Below, piece by piece: positions 25,421 through 37,400 of a stretch of 43,058 nt of DNA (the stretch's first letter is position 1; every line of letters begins with the position of its first letter). The position numbers and the translations under genes are program-made. The stretch covers positions 1 through 43,058 of the forward strand of contig NW_024705454.1 in NCBI RefSeq assembly GCF_018977255.1, written 5' to 3'. This DNA is from Callorhinchus milii (lineage: Eukaryota). Below the pieces are notes generated by a model. The model was not told the origin of the DNA and did not search any database. It saw only the letters and a program-made list of their open reading frames with translations.

Positions 25421-25699
25421 ATCACACGCACACTCACACACTCTTACACTCTCACACTCACAAACAAACTCACACACTCATCCTCTCTGACAGACTCTCA
25501 CAGACATTTCCAAACTCTCACACTCACACACACAAATTCACACATATTTTAACGTCCACATTCACACACTCTCTCTCTTTCTGATTCATTCCCACTGACC
25601 TGATCCCTATCAGCCCCAGTTGTCTTGCAGCTCGGGGCCACTATCTCTCCGGGCGGTCGTCGGCCATATTTGAGCTTTTCCTCCTTCAAACCTTAACCT

Positions 25700-26310
25700 G
25701 TCCCCGCCCACTCGCTCCCCATTGGTTCATTCCCAACACCCGCCCCGACAGCCAGAGCTTCCCATAGGTCTGCCTAATTGTCCAGCGGATACCGCGCTCT
25801 GATAGGTCCATGTCTAAGTCAATCAACACTAATCCTCCACGCCATCCGCTTCCTGGTCAACCGTGACTATGTCACCGCCCATTCGCTCCCCATTGGACCA
25901 TTCCAACACCCGCCCCGACTGTCAGATCTTCCCATTGGTCTGTCTGTACATTAATCAATACTCGCGCTTTGATGGGTCCAGGTCGACGTCAATCCTCTCC
26001 TTCCTGCCCCTCGCTCTCTCCAACCGTCAAACTTTCCCCACCCACACGCTTTCTATTGGCCCATTCAGTCAGCCCCGCCTCCACAACCAGAGCTTATGAC
26101 TCGTCAGTTCATTTGGCAATCAGACTGCGTTCTCTGATCGTTCCGTCTCCACCAATCACCTCAGCTACTTCCTGCCACGCGCTCTTTCTCCAACCGCCAC
26201 TCTCTCCCCGCCAACTCCCTGCCTATTGGCTCTTTCAACACTCCAGAGCTTCCGGTTGGTCAGCCCGGCTGTCAATCTGCTGCCCTCTGTGGCCTTCCTG
26301 TTTCCCAGCT
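25700..26310 (-). promoter_or_regulatory. Tandem array of four roughly 170-bp promoter-like monomers (GC box, CCAAT, GTCAATC, ETS motifs)
   Basis: ccgccc/ccaccc...ATTGG anchors at 25721, 25892, 26055 and 26225 (periods 171/163/170). cttcctg recurs once per unit. A YY1-like gccatattt lies at 25663. Confidence 0.6.
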
Positions 26311-26834
26311 TTTCCCCCAGCCCTTGTTTTCCTTCTGTCAGTAGGAACCCACATGGTAGTTTATTGGCATCAGTTTTCCGAGGGTAATAGAACCGGCAAT
26401 TGTTTGTAAAAGTCTTAATAATTCGATCGCTTCCAAGTTACAGGGGTAAATTCACTGACTTCGCCTTACAATGTGTCCAGCACTGAGACGTCTCGAAGAC
26501 GTGATGAGGCGCTGTATAAAATGCCCATTATTATTATTGTGATTATTATAAATATTATACAACGGCACCGCTAACGACACCACGTACGTGACGTAAGGAG
26601 ACAGGCAGCCTACATACGCGATGTCGTCCGCACGTCTACCCGCCTCAGTGTGCGTGTGTGTGTGTTTATGTGTTTGACTGTCTGCGCTTCACTGCTCCGC
26701 CATATTGAACGGCACAGCTTCCCCGCTGTGTGTGCGTCTCTCTCGGGTCGACTCTCTGTGGTGCCGCTCACGTAACGTACGCACGTCTCTCTTTCTCTGG
26801 TTCTCACTCACGTAACGTCACCACTGCTCCTCTC

Positions 26835-27130
26835 CTTGACAGCGAGTGACACGCCCGCTGTCTCCCTGGTAACTGTTGATTGACAGGAAAGCGAGACACG
26901 CTCACTGTCTCCCTGGTTAATGTTGACTGATAGGAAAGTGAGACACGCCCACTCACTCACTGGTAACAGTTGATTGACAGGAAAAAGTCACACGCCTACT
27001 CTCTCACTGGTAGCATTTGATTGACAGGAAAGTGAGACACGTCCACAATCTCCCTGTTAAATACTGATTGACAGGAAATAGAGACACGCCCTCTCGCTCA
27101 CTGGTAACCAGTGATTGACGTGAGACACAC
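26835..27130. repeat. 47-bp tandem repeat, about 6 copies (tgattgacaggaaagtgagacacgcccactctctcactggtaacagt)
   Basis: Anchors at 26877, 26924, 26971, 27018, 27065 and 27112 give an exact 47-nt period. Confidence 0.92.
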
Positions 27131-27719
27131 CAACTAATACTCTGATTAATATTGCTATTATTTCCCCGGCTCGGAGTTAGTGTCCGCCACTATTACGCAC
27201 TGATACGGTGCCCAGTCTGGAGACAGGATGCGGTATAAGTTCATATTCTCCTTCCTATTTTTATTGTTATATTATTTCGATTATTAATTTCCATAAACAA
27301 CAAAAANCAGTTGCGTTTATATAGCGGACTACACATAGCGCGACTTCCCAGTGCTTCGCAATGGATGAATCTGGTATTGTATAGTACATACCACACAATG
27401 GACTACATAAAATCATAATAAATATGAACCAAATAATTATATCATCTTCTGAATAATACAGTGTCAAAAAAACACTGAACACCCAGTGAACTCCTGTGTC
27501 AATGCGATTTGTTTTTAAAATAATAACAATAGTCCTTGCATTTGATATAGCGCCCTTGAAAATACACAGTCAATTAACTTTTCACAGTCTGACATGTGAA
27601 GCACTTTGAGACTTCTATAATAAGGCGCAATATCCGAAGCAAAGATTACTATTATTGCTGAAAAGCAAATTGGAAGCTTAAAGCGCTTTCTGTCAAGAGA
27701 AATGTAGATACAACATCCC

Positions 27720-30700
27720 TTTATAGTTATTCTGCTGTTGCGTTGAGCTGTTTTTCTCGCTTTTACAGTTAAATGTTTGAACCCTTTTCGCATGAGGTGT
27801 TTGTGTGGTTTGTGCTTTATATCCGGTAATGCTGTTGAGGTGACACCATGACAGAATTCATCAACATATCACCTATTACCGTTTAATACGATGTACAATA
27901 TTGAGCTGATCTGGACTCCAATACCAGGACAAAATGCCTTCTTTTTCCCAAATATCATCACAGGAACTTTAAGGTCTATCCGGAACACGGGACAAAGAAG
28001 ATTTAAGTTGATCACTGCGTCTTAGATCCACAGCAAGAAAGAGAGAGAAATAGAGACTATGAATGTGAGAGAAAATGGGCGTAAGAGAGAAAGATCGTGT
28101 GAGAGATACACAGAGAGAGTGAGAGCTTCAGAGACACAAAAGGGGAGCGAGAGCTTTGATCGTGTTATAGAGACAGGCAGAGTGTGAGTGAAGCTGCTAA
28201 GCTAACATCATGAAAGTGGTTCAGCTACGCATCAGCTTTTGCCATTTGAAATCATGTTCAATATTAACCCTTTCGTACAACTTAAATTTAGCTGCTCTGG
28301 AATACAACAATTGGAGAAATTCCCTTCTCACTTCCTGATAACGTCTCGGCTTCTTAACACATATCTTCAACACAAATAAAGGTCAATTGAACCTCTCATT
28401 TTAACGCCTATGATAAGCCGACGACAAGTTTGAGTGAGAGCGAGAACTACTCAGTTTGCGAGAGGCTTACCGTGTGAGAGACGCATAGGGGGAGATTGAT
28501 AGTGGTAGTGTCAGAGATACAGAGGGAAACGGAGATTGGGAGAGTGACAGAGAGGCACATTGTATTTGACAGAGAAATTGAGAGACACAGGTGGAGAGAG
28601 ACTGAGAGTGTGAGAGATAAGGTGTGTGTGTGATACAGACATTGAGAGAAACATATGGAGGGAGACTGAGAGTGTCAGAGAAACATACGGAGATAGACGG
28701 ACTGAGAGTTTGAGCGACACAGTGCTTCAGAGTGTGCGAGAGAATGCGAGAGTCACAGTGTTTGTGTGTGAGAGAGACTGAGAGTGTGAGCAATGCTGCC
28801 ATCGAATTTCACATGAATTACATTAATTTGCACAACAAACTAATCTTCCGATGTGAAAGCGCGACAAAAATGTCATTTGTTTTATATTTTATTAAACTAG
28901 CACATTGAAAGATAGAAACATTAGCTCCAGCTGTGGTCAACCGATGTTTTGCAGGCTGGAGAGCAGCTTCCCTATATGATTGTAATGTTTTTCAAAGCAG
29001 ACAAGACAGCAGGTCTGAGGAACTCTCAATTAATCGTATAATGTGTATTGTGTTGCTGGCGAGACGAGAAAGAAGGTCAACGGAATCTTCCAGTCGGCAG
29101 TGAGTGTTTCAGCTGCTATGAATGTGATGTGTGGATTGGGGAAGGTAATGTGGCACAGTTGGAAAAAAGTGGTCCTGATTATCAGTGAATGTGGGAAAGA
29201 AAACAATGTTGCTGTTGACCCGTTTTCCAAATTTTTCTGATCAAAATTGTGCATTTGATGTGCCACCTTTTCATTTTCTGGCATAAATGCACTTTCATTC
29301 CGAACAACATCGTGTCTGAAATATGGAATATTTCTCTGAAACGTCTCGATGAAGTCTTGAAGCAAATGCAATGGATACCACTATTATTAAAAAGCAGATT
29401 TGAGATTCGAAGTGTGTCTGCTGTCCAAAGACATATAGAAAAAAAATAGCGCTGAAGAAATTCTGTATTTCTGTTTAGTCACTTTGCCTTTTGCATTTGA
29501 ATGCTTGAGCACTTTTTGGAGGGCGATTTGTGCGGTTTGTGCTTGATATCCGGTACCTCTGCTAAGCCAACACCATGGCAGAGTTTCAGCGACACATCAG
29601 CTTTTTCCATTTGACAACATGTCTAATAGTATCCATTTCATTCAGCTTGAATTGAGTTGCTCTGGATATTAAAACGAAGAGGAACTCTCCTATCTTTCCT
29701 CTCCGTGTTTGCTCTGTTTAGTTGTATTTTCCATTTGCAATTAAACATTTTGCACTTTTTGCTGGGAGGCGTTTTGTGGTTTGTGCTTTGTGTCCGGTAA
29801 CGATGCTTAGCCAATACCATGAAAGCGTTTCAGCTGCACAACAGCCTTTGCCATTTGACACTATGTCCAATATTAACGCTTTCATACTGATTAAATTGAA
29901 CTGGTCTGGAATATAACACCTGGAGAAACTCCCGTCTCATTTCCCATTGGCGTTTCGGTATCTTTAATATTTGTCTTCGAGACAGCACAAACTGAACCTT
30001 TATTTATCGTCTCATCTTAGAGCCAAAAATAGACAGTCGGAGAGAGAGTAAGATTCTGAGACACACAATTTGAAAGACTGACTGACTTTGTGTAAGACAC
30101 ATAGGGAGAGAGAGATAGTGTGAGAGATACAGAGAGTGAGCGAGATTGGGAGGTATAGAAAGACATTATGAGAGATACAGCGTGTGTGTGTGTCAGTGAA
30201 TTTGAACGAAACAGGTGGAAGTAGATGGAGAATGTGGACATAGAGGGACTGAGCTGCACAGTGCTTCAGAGTGTGAGAGAGTGCGTGAGATACACGGACG
30301 TGTGAGAGAGAGAGAGAGTGTGAGTCACATTGTGTGTGCTTCAGAGACTGATGAGAGACGCAGCTAGATAGAGAATGGGAGTGTGAGAGACACAATGTCT
30401 TTGTGATAGATATTTAGAGAGTAACAGATGTAGGGAGACTCAGGGTTTCAGAGACACAGATGGAGATAGAGAGAATGAGGCAGAGCGTGTGCTTAGGAAG
30501 CAACAGTGGAGGGAGACTCGGAGTTTCAGAGACACGGATGGAGATAGAGAGACTGAGACTGAGAGTGTGATGTACACAGTGTGAGATTGTGTGAGAGAGT
30601 GTGTGAGAAATAATGTTTGTGAGTGCTACTGAGATCGTGAGCAATGTTACCATCAAACTTCACATGAATTACATTAATTTTCACAAACACCAGTAATTCT

Positions 30701-31200
30701 GAAGTGAAGGTCGCTATAGAAATGTCAGTTGAATTATACTGTATTAAAGTTGCAGCTTGGAAGACGGAAATATTGGCAGTGTTAGTAGTCAACTGAGGTG
30801 TTGCAGAGTGGAGACTGGCTTCCTTATCTGATTGTAATATCTCAAAAGCTGACAAGACAGCAGGGCTGAGAACTCTCAATTAAGCATATACTGTGCATTA
30901 TAGAGCTGTAAGGGCCAGCCAGGAGGGTAGATATGAGACTTCAGACTAGTTTACTGTCCAGACAAATACAGATACAAAACACCGCTAAAGAAATTATGTT
31001 GTTCCGTTTAGTTGTTTTTTCCTTTTTCAATTAAATGTTTCAGATCTTTTTGCTGGGAGGTGCTGTGCGGTTTGTGCTTCATATCCGGCAAAGTTGCAAA
31101 GCTAACACCATGAGAGTGGTTCAACTACACATCATCTTGCCATTTACAAAATATCCAATGTTGACCCTTGCATACGGCTTAAATTGATCTGGTCTATAAG
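27720..31200 (-). pseudogene. Tandemly duplicated, decayed coding-like blocks of unidentified family, interleaved with (GA)n/(TG)n tracts
   Basis: Blocks recur: ggtttgtgctt..atccgg at about 27808, 29536, 29778 and 31069; gagcaatg..ccatc..atttcacatgaattacattaat at 28788 and 30639. Paralogous minus-strand translations are RREFLQLLYSR/RREFLQVLYSR and INVIHVKFDG. Confidence 0.4.
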
Positions 31201-31489
31201 TTTATAGAGAGAGAGCGAGAGAGAGAGAGAGAGAGAGAATTTGTAAGACAGACCTATAGTGTGAGGGAACAATATGGGGAGTGTGTGTGAGAATTTGAGA
31301 GTTATAGTTGGAGATTCTGCTTGGGATTGTGAGAGAGAGATACAGAGAGTGTTTGAGAGTCACAGTTTGTCTGTTAAAGAAGCTTTGGTATCCACCGATG
31401 GAGAGAGACTGAGAATCTGAGAGAAACAATGTGTGTGTAATAGATATGTGTGATAGATATTGTGAGTGTAACAGATGGATGGAGACATA

Positions 31490-31980
31490 ACAGAACATGT
31501 AGGAGCAGGACTAGGCCATTAGGGCCTTCGAGCCTGCCCCGCCATTCAATCATCGCTGCTCTTCTAATCTAACTCCAGCTAATAACCTGACCCTGCCTTA
31601 TCCCCATATCCCTTAATCCCTTTTGCAATAAGAAATCTATCTATCTCAGTCTTTAATGTGTTCAAGGACTGAGCATCAACAGCCCTTTGGGGGAGTGAGT
31701 TCCATACATTCACCACCATTTGAGTGAAGAAATTCTTCCTCAACTCAGTGCAAAAGGGTTGGCCTCTGATTTTCAGGATGTGACCCCTGGTTTTAGTTAT
31801 CCAACAAGGGGAAACAATCTCCGAATATCTATTCTATCATGCGCTTTGATGATCATAAAGGATTCTATAAGATCCCCTCTAATTCTTTTATATTGTAGAG
31901 AATATAGACCCAAATTGGTAAATATACGCTCTTAACTCATCCCCTTCATCCCTGGTAATAACCCAACAAATCTACGCTGA
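31490..31980 (-). mobile_element. CR1 LINE 3' end
   Basis: agaacatgtaggagcaggactaggccatt..gccttcgagcctgccccgccattcaat...ccttatccccatatccctt is the reverse complement of the shark CR1 3' UTR/ORF2 end. Confidence 0.85.
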
Positions 31981-32859
31981 TCTACGCCGGGTATTAGTCA
32001 GCAATCAATGCCCTGAAATACTGCTGGGAAGGAAAGAAGGATGTCGCAAGAAAAGATAAAATGTGAGCAACTGAAAACAGGAAGTAGGTAATCTGTCAAA
32101 GAGTCTAAATTGAGAGCGTAAATGTGTGGTTTCTCCTGCCTACGTACTGTTACATTTGACTCCAGGACTCATTGCTGCGTGCAATCCTTCCATAGTTTTT
32201 CACGGGAATCACTGTAATATGCTGTGACTGTGTATTTGCGGAGGAACACAAACACGCAGAATTGTGCACACAGCAATGGAAAAGTGTATAATGTGACACC
32301 AGGAAGAACCCACTTCTTCTTTCTACAAAATACTCAGGGCTGGGTGTCCAGCTCAGTTCACAGCTCCCAATCGGAGCTTTACTCACAGCACTAAAATAAC
32401 ATTCTGCAGTTTCTGAGAATCAGCTTCACGCTGGCGGTTTGTGTGCACGTGTTGCAACAATTCCTGTGAAGGACATCACATGTCGTGTTCGTTCTTCAGA
32501 GAGAAAGAGAGAGAGAGAGAGTCTGAATCTCTAACTCTATCTCTAAGCGTCGCTAAATATACATCTGTTAGTCACAGTTCGTGTTCCTCTCTGAATGTGT
32601 GTTTGTGTGTGTGTCTATCACAGCTCCTGTTTGTGTGTGTGTGTGTCAGACTGTTCCTCAATGTGCGAGTCACAACAGCTTTGGATGTAAGTGTTACAGA
32701 GAAGTGGATGTTTGATGATCACAGAGCAGGGTGACACTATCAATAGCTTCTCCTGAGAATTACTCCGTATGATTTCAGTCTGCAGAGATCCCTCCACGTC
32801 GGACACAAGCACAAGCCGCCAGGTTCTCTACTTGACTCGAGCGCCTCCACATTCTCGAA

Positions 32860-32884
32860 ATGGAATCATGGTTTCTTATTTTCG
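32860..32884 (+). CDS. SRCR (CD163/WC1-like) gene exon 1, signal peptide start MESWFLIF
   Basis: gaaATGG context, strong donor G|GTGAGT, phase 1. Joins the next mini-exon in frame to give MESWFLIFVILLERNSVESA. Confidence 0.7.
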
Positions 32885-32930
32885 GTGAGTACAGTTTCCA
32901 TGCAAGAATATTTGTGGGAATGTACCGTTA

Positions 32931-33380
32931 AGTGGGGTTCTGTATCTCTGCGGTTAGAGCAATCGCCTTGCAAGCGAGACACCTTGGTCCTATTCCAGGC
33001 AGGCCGAACCCTTGGGCAAGTTCTACACTACACGCCTAATAATAATCTCTCCTGAACAAAACAATAATAAATTGGTCATTTTCAATCCCCGACTGTTTGT
33101 AGGACACTGCTATGTGCAATTACCTACCGCATTTAGCCCACAAATGCCTCCTAACGCCTCACCAATCTGCCCGGTACCCTCAGCTCAGCGGACTCCAGCC
33201 TGATTCACGTCTCCCACCTCACATCCCCACCATTGAAGGACGAGCATTTAGCCACTCACTAACCATCCAATGGGACTACATTCTTCAGTACCCCTACCTC
33301 ACCCTTTCCTTCTTCCTTCAAAATATATCTGAACACTCTTCGCTATGATCTTGCGTTCGATCACCTTAGTTGTCTTTGTC
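32931..33380 (+). mobile_element. Diverged SINE 5' part (32931-33145) followed by an L2 ORF2 C-terminal fragment
   Basis: SINE head tctgtatctctgcggttagagcaatcgccttgcaag. PTIEGRAFS...W matches the L2 C-terminal motif. Confidence 0.65.
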
Positions 33381-34244
33381 CTCCAAGCCCCTTAATTCTG
33401 TTTTGGTGTGGGAGAGGCAGGAGGGGCGAGTGCAAAAGCGGAGAAAGGAGAAAGGGGACAGGGAGGAGAGAAAGTCATTTCCATGCTTTCCCTCATTAAA
33501 GTATATTTATTGCTGTACAAATGCAAGATGTCAAAATGCAAGTTGTTATTGTTGGGTAAAGGGACAGGAGCTACCAGGAAAAACAACAACCAGTAAGCAC
33601 ACTTCATACAGAAATAGAGACACAATCTGCCCAGTCTGTTAATCATAAATTTCTTAGGTTATGCGTGGTCAGCAAATCGCTTCTTCCCCAAGCCTCGAAA
33701 GAGAAACAGGAACACAAACGGCCCTTGCTCAGAAAATAAATATCAGAAGTCGCTGGGAACACTCAGCATGTCAGGCAACATCTAACGCGAAAGGAAAGAG
33801 GGTCAAAGTTTCGTTTCCACGACAGCTCGTTAGATCTGCTGCCTCAACTGCTGAATGTTCCCAGCGACATTTGTTTTTTTGTCTGATATCCAGCATATGC
33901 AGTAATTTGTGCATTTATTGCGCAGTAAATGCCGTTCAGCCCAACGGTGTGTTTGTCAGTCTGTAAAAGTTATCTTTGTTCAGTCCTATTCTGCGCTCTC
34001 CCCATGGTGTCTGTGATGGTGCTCACTCCGCCAATGAAGCTCTCTGCAATAATCCCAATCCCTGTCCTCTGTTTCTCTGTTGTATTTGAGCTGGTGTTCG
34101 CTCCCCGAATAATGATCTTTTTGGCGGCGAACTTCAGTGGTTGCCTGTAGTTAAGGAAAGATTCAGTGACGGAAGATCAGCCCTCTGATTTTGTGAATTA
34201 TTGTATTAATAATTCCTGCTTTGTTCTTTCTTTTCCTTGTACAG

Positions 34245-34280
34245 TGATATTACTTGAGAGAAATTCTGTGGAATCTGCAG
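34245..34280 (+). CDS. SRCR gene exon 2 (36 nt, second half of signal peptide)
   Basis: Polypyrimidine ttctttcttttccttgtacag|, donor CAG|GTTAGT, phase 1-1, open frame (V)ILLERNSVESA. Confidence 0.72.
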
Positions 34281-34524
34281 GTTAGTGACACACTCTGACA
34301 ACCAAAAGTTGCTGTGGGAACATTGTCACCATTCCTCTAACCCTACGCCTTGCCCCTACCTTCTCCATTTCAGTTAGCGCTTCAAGACGTTCCGAATCGA
34401 CCATGCTTCATTCAGGCGTAAGGTATTCGGTTTGGAGGGAGCGAGTCTGCTCTAAAATATCTGCACTGATATATTCTGCAACGAAGTAGTAAACGGTCGT
34501 CATATTTTGGGTGGAATCTCCTAT

Positions 34525-34845
34525 GTGGAGCCCTGTAGCTCAGTGGTTAGAGCACTCGCTTTGCAAGTGAGAGACCTGAGTTCAATTCCAGGCAGCGCGA
34601 AACCTTGGGCAAGTTTCCTTACACCACACGCCTAACAATAATCCCTCCAAAACCAAAAATAATAATAAATTGGTCATTTTCAATCTACGACTGTTTGTGG
34701 CACATTGCTATGCGCAATTGGCTGCTGCATTCGCCCACAAATATACAGTCAATTCACTTTACAGTGTGTTCTGTGAAGCGCTTTGGGATATCCTCCCGAC
34801 GTGAAAAGCGCTATATCAAATGCAAGGATTATTATTATTATTATC
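34525..34845 (+). mobile_element. Full-length tRNA-derived SINE in SRCR intron 2
   Basis: Complete head to (TTA)n. The paralogous empty site is visible at about 38629. Confidence 0.92.
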
Positions 34846-35647
34846 GTGTATAAAGTAGAAGCATACAATATATAATATAACGTATAATAATACAATACAA
34901 AATATAGTAATCTAATGTAAATTATGATAATAATAATAATAATAATAATAAACCTTGGATTTTTTAGAGCATCTTATCGGGTCTCAAAGTGCTACACAGA
35001 ATGTACTGCAATATGAAACGTCTATGTGTTTCGTGGGCGAAATACGGCAGCCAATCGCGCACAGTGGTGTATCAGAAAGATTCATGAATCGAATGACCAA
35101 ATTACTTTATTTTAAGGGATTATCCTCCCTTTAAATTAAATCCGCCAATTGACTGCTGGCTTCCTAATGACTGCTCGGTAAAAAGAAGCATGTGGAGAGA
35201 GAAAACATGTTGAAATTTTGCCCTGACCGTGAATCTAAATATAAAGTATAATTATCTAATATAGAGTATAATAATCTAATATCAACTAGAATAGTTTAAT
35301 ATAAAGTATAGGAGTCCAATATGATATAAAATAATCCAATATCAGTATAATATTATAGAGCATAATAATGTAAAGTATAATATCACTAACCTTTATTTGC
35401 AAAAGTAGCTGCAACAGGTACAGCTAATACTGCAATATCCTTTTAATCTTATGCTGACACCTGGGTTATGGGTGTATATAGCTATTAATCACTGCAACTA
35501 ATGCAATGAGTATTATTGTTTTTTTAACGCCAAACTTTCTCCCAATGTGACAGATTCTCTGTACATGTACATTATATTGTATTATCCTGAGTGACTGGAA
35601 GTCAAAGACGAAACAGACTCTCAATACTGCGTATGGTGTTTTTACAG

Positions 35648-35971
35648 AGAGTGTGAGGCTGGTGAATGGCGGCAGCCGGTGTGCCGGGAGAGTGGAGGTT
35701 TACTATGGAGGAAAGTGGGGCACAGTGTATGGCGATGGCTTTGGTGACCGTGGTTGGGAATTGCCGGACGCGGCTGTGGTGTGTAAGGAGTTGAGCTGTG
35801 GAGCCGCGCTGTCAGCCTCAGGAGATGCTCACTTTGGCGAAGGTTCAGGTGTCGTTGTGACATTTGACGTTCAGTGCAGAGGGAGTGAGTCTACTCTGAG
35901 CTTTTGTTCCTCCGGGACCTGGAATCACTATTACTGGCCACACTCCTCTGATGCCGGCGTCATCTGCTCAG
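35648..35971 (+). CDS. SRCR gene exon 3: group B SRCR domain 1
   Basis: tttacag| ... TCA G|gtaagt, 324 nt, phase 1-1. VRLVNGGSRCAGRVEV...WGTV...DAAVVCKELSCG...FGEGSG...VQCRGSESTL..C...DAGVICS. Confidence 0.95.
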
Positions 35972-36209
35972 GTAAGTAATTCATTGTCTGATGATTTTTC
36001 AATGTCTTATGTTTTCTTTAAACCACAATTAGGGAAATTCTGATTAAAGTTTTTAACCCCCAATATGTCAGTGTATTATTATTAAATCTAGGATGGAGGG
36101 TTTGGTGGGAAGGAGAGGGTTCACGCTCATGGCCATGGGGACATTAATGTGGGTCGCAATCTTATGTTCTCGGGGTCAGCTGCTCAGTTAAATAAATCTG
36201 CCGCTCATC

Positions 36210-37400
36210 ATCAGGTCGTTTTCCGAGAGCGTCGTTTGGTGGGGTGAGCACAGGCGGCTGAGCGCAGGGGACGACCACAAGGTGCAGAGTACAGGAGGGA
36301 GAGTACAGGGTGGGAGAGCACTGGGATTATGTATATGGAGGTGTAGCATAGTAGTTGAGCATATTTGGTGTAATCACAGGGGGCACTGAGCACATGGAGT
36401 TCTGTGAGAACAGTTGGGACGTGGTCAGCACAAAGGGGGCAACGACGGGGTAGAAGACAATGGGGTGAGCACAGTAGGAGTGAGCATATAGGAGGGAATC
36501 GTATACGGTGGATGAGCGTTGTGCCCAGTGGTGAACACGGAGTTTGTAACAAGCACGGTTGAGTTAAGCACCGGGGGTTTGAGAACAGGAAGTGGTTGAA
36601 CACAGGGTCGTTAATTACATCGGACAGCTCAGGGGTGGATCACAAAAGGTGAGCAAATGGTGTGAGCGTATGCGGGGAAGAGAACAAGGGGCTGAGTACG
36701 GAGTATTGAGTTGAGTATAAGTGAGCACAAGGGGCTGAGCACATGAAAGGTAACACATGTGTTGAGAACAGGTGTGTCGTTCAAAGGGGGATTCAGCACA
36801 CGGGATGAGAATGAGCACAGAGCAAGTCTGCTGAGCACAGGGGATTTGGTGTTCAGCAAGTGGGGACAACAGGGAAGTTGAGGTCGATGACGTGTACCGT
36901 GAGCTGAGCAGAGGAGGCGATGAGCACAGGGAAGGTGGTGATCACGGTGGTTTGGTTAAACAAGGGTGGTAAGATGTACGCGGATCTGCGGCAGCACATT
37001 GGGAGATTGGGCCCACTGGTGCTGAGAACCGATGTTTTGAGCTCAGGGGACTGAGCACAACGTGGAGCACATCGGGTTGTCAGGATGGGGGAAACAGAGG
37101 GAGGGAACGCACGTGATGAGCATAGGGCTTGACAACAGGTGTGAGCACAAGTAGAGGATGATAACAGGAGTGAAGAGCAGAGTGAATCACGAGGAAAATT
37201 TTGGGTAAGCACATGGGGAGCACGGGGGTTGTACGAATATACGGGGAGCACCTGGGGTTTGTGCATACGCGGGGTGTATGGGGTAAGTATGGGTGGGAGC
37301 ACAGAGGTGTGAGCCGATGGGTGTGTAAACAGGTTGGGTAAGCAAAGGTTTGTTTTACACAGGATGAGTAAGGACACAAGGGGTTTGAGCAAAAGGGCGT
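36210..37400. repeat. Degenerate gagcacagggg minisatellite (copy 1)
   Basis: tgagcaca(g) cores recur; the same repeat fills 39510-41950. Confidence 0.8.

Noticed and set aside
25600..25667. Death-domain-like W..AARQLGL motif
   Set aside because: Too short, preceded by a stop, and downstream helices do not align.
28790..30900. Resemblance of the decayed blocks to LRRC8 (DVVRNESAFM, IHVKF) or NXPE proteins
   Set aside because: Motif spacing is inconsistent and matches fall in different frames; probably chance without a real alignment.
34525..34600. tRNA-Ala(TGC) gene (also at 6700-6781, 10065-10143 and 16171-16245)
   Set aside because: These are SINE heads: no proper acceptor stem, and each is followed by the SINE body and tail.
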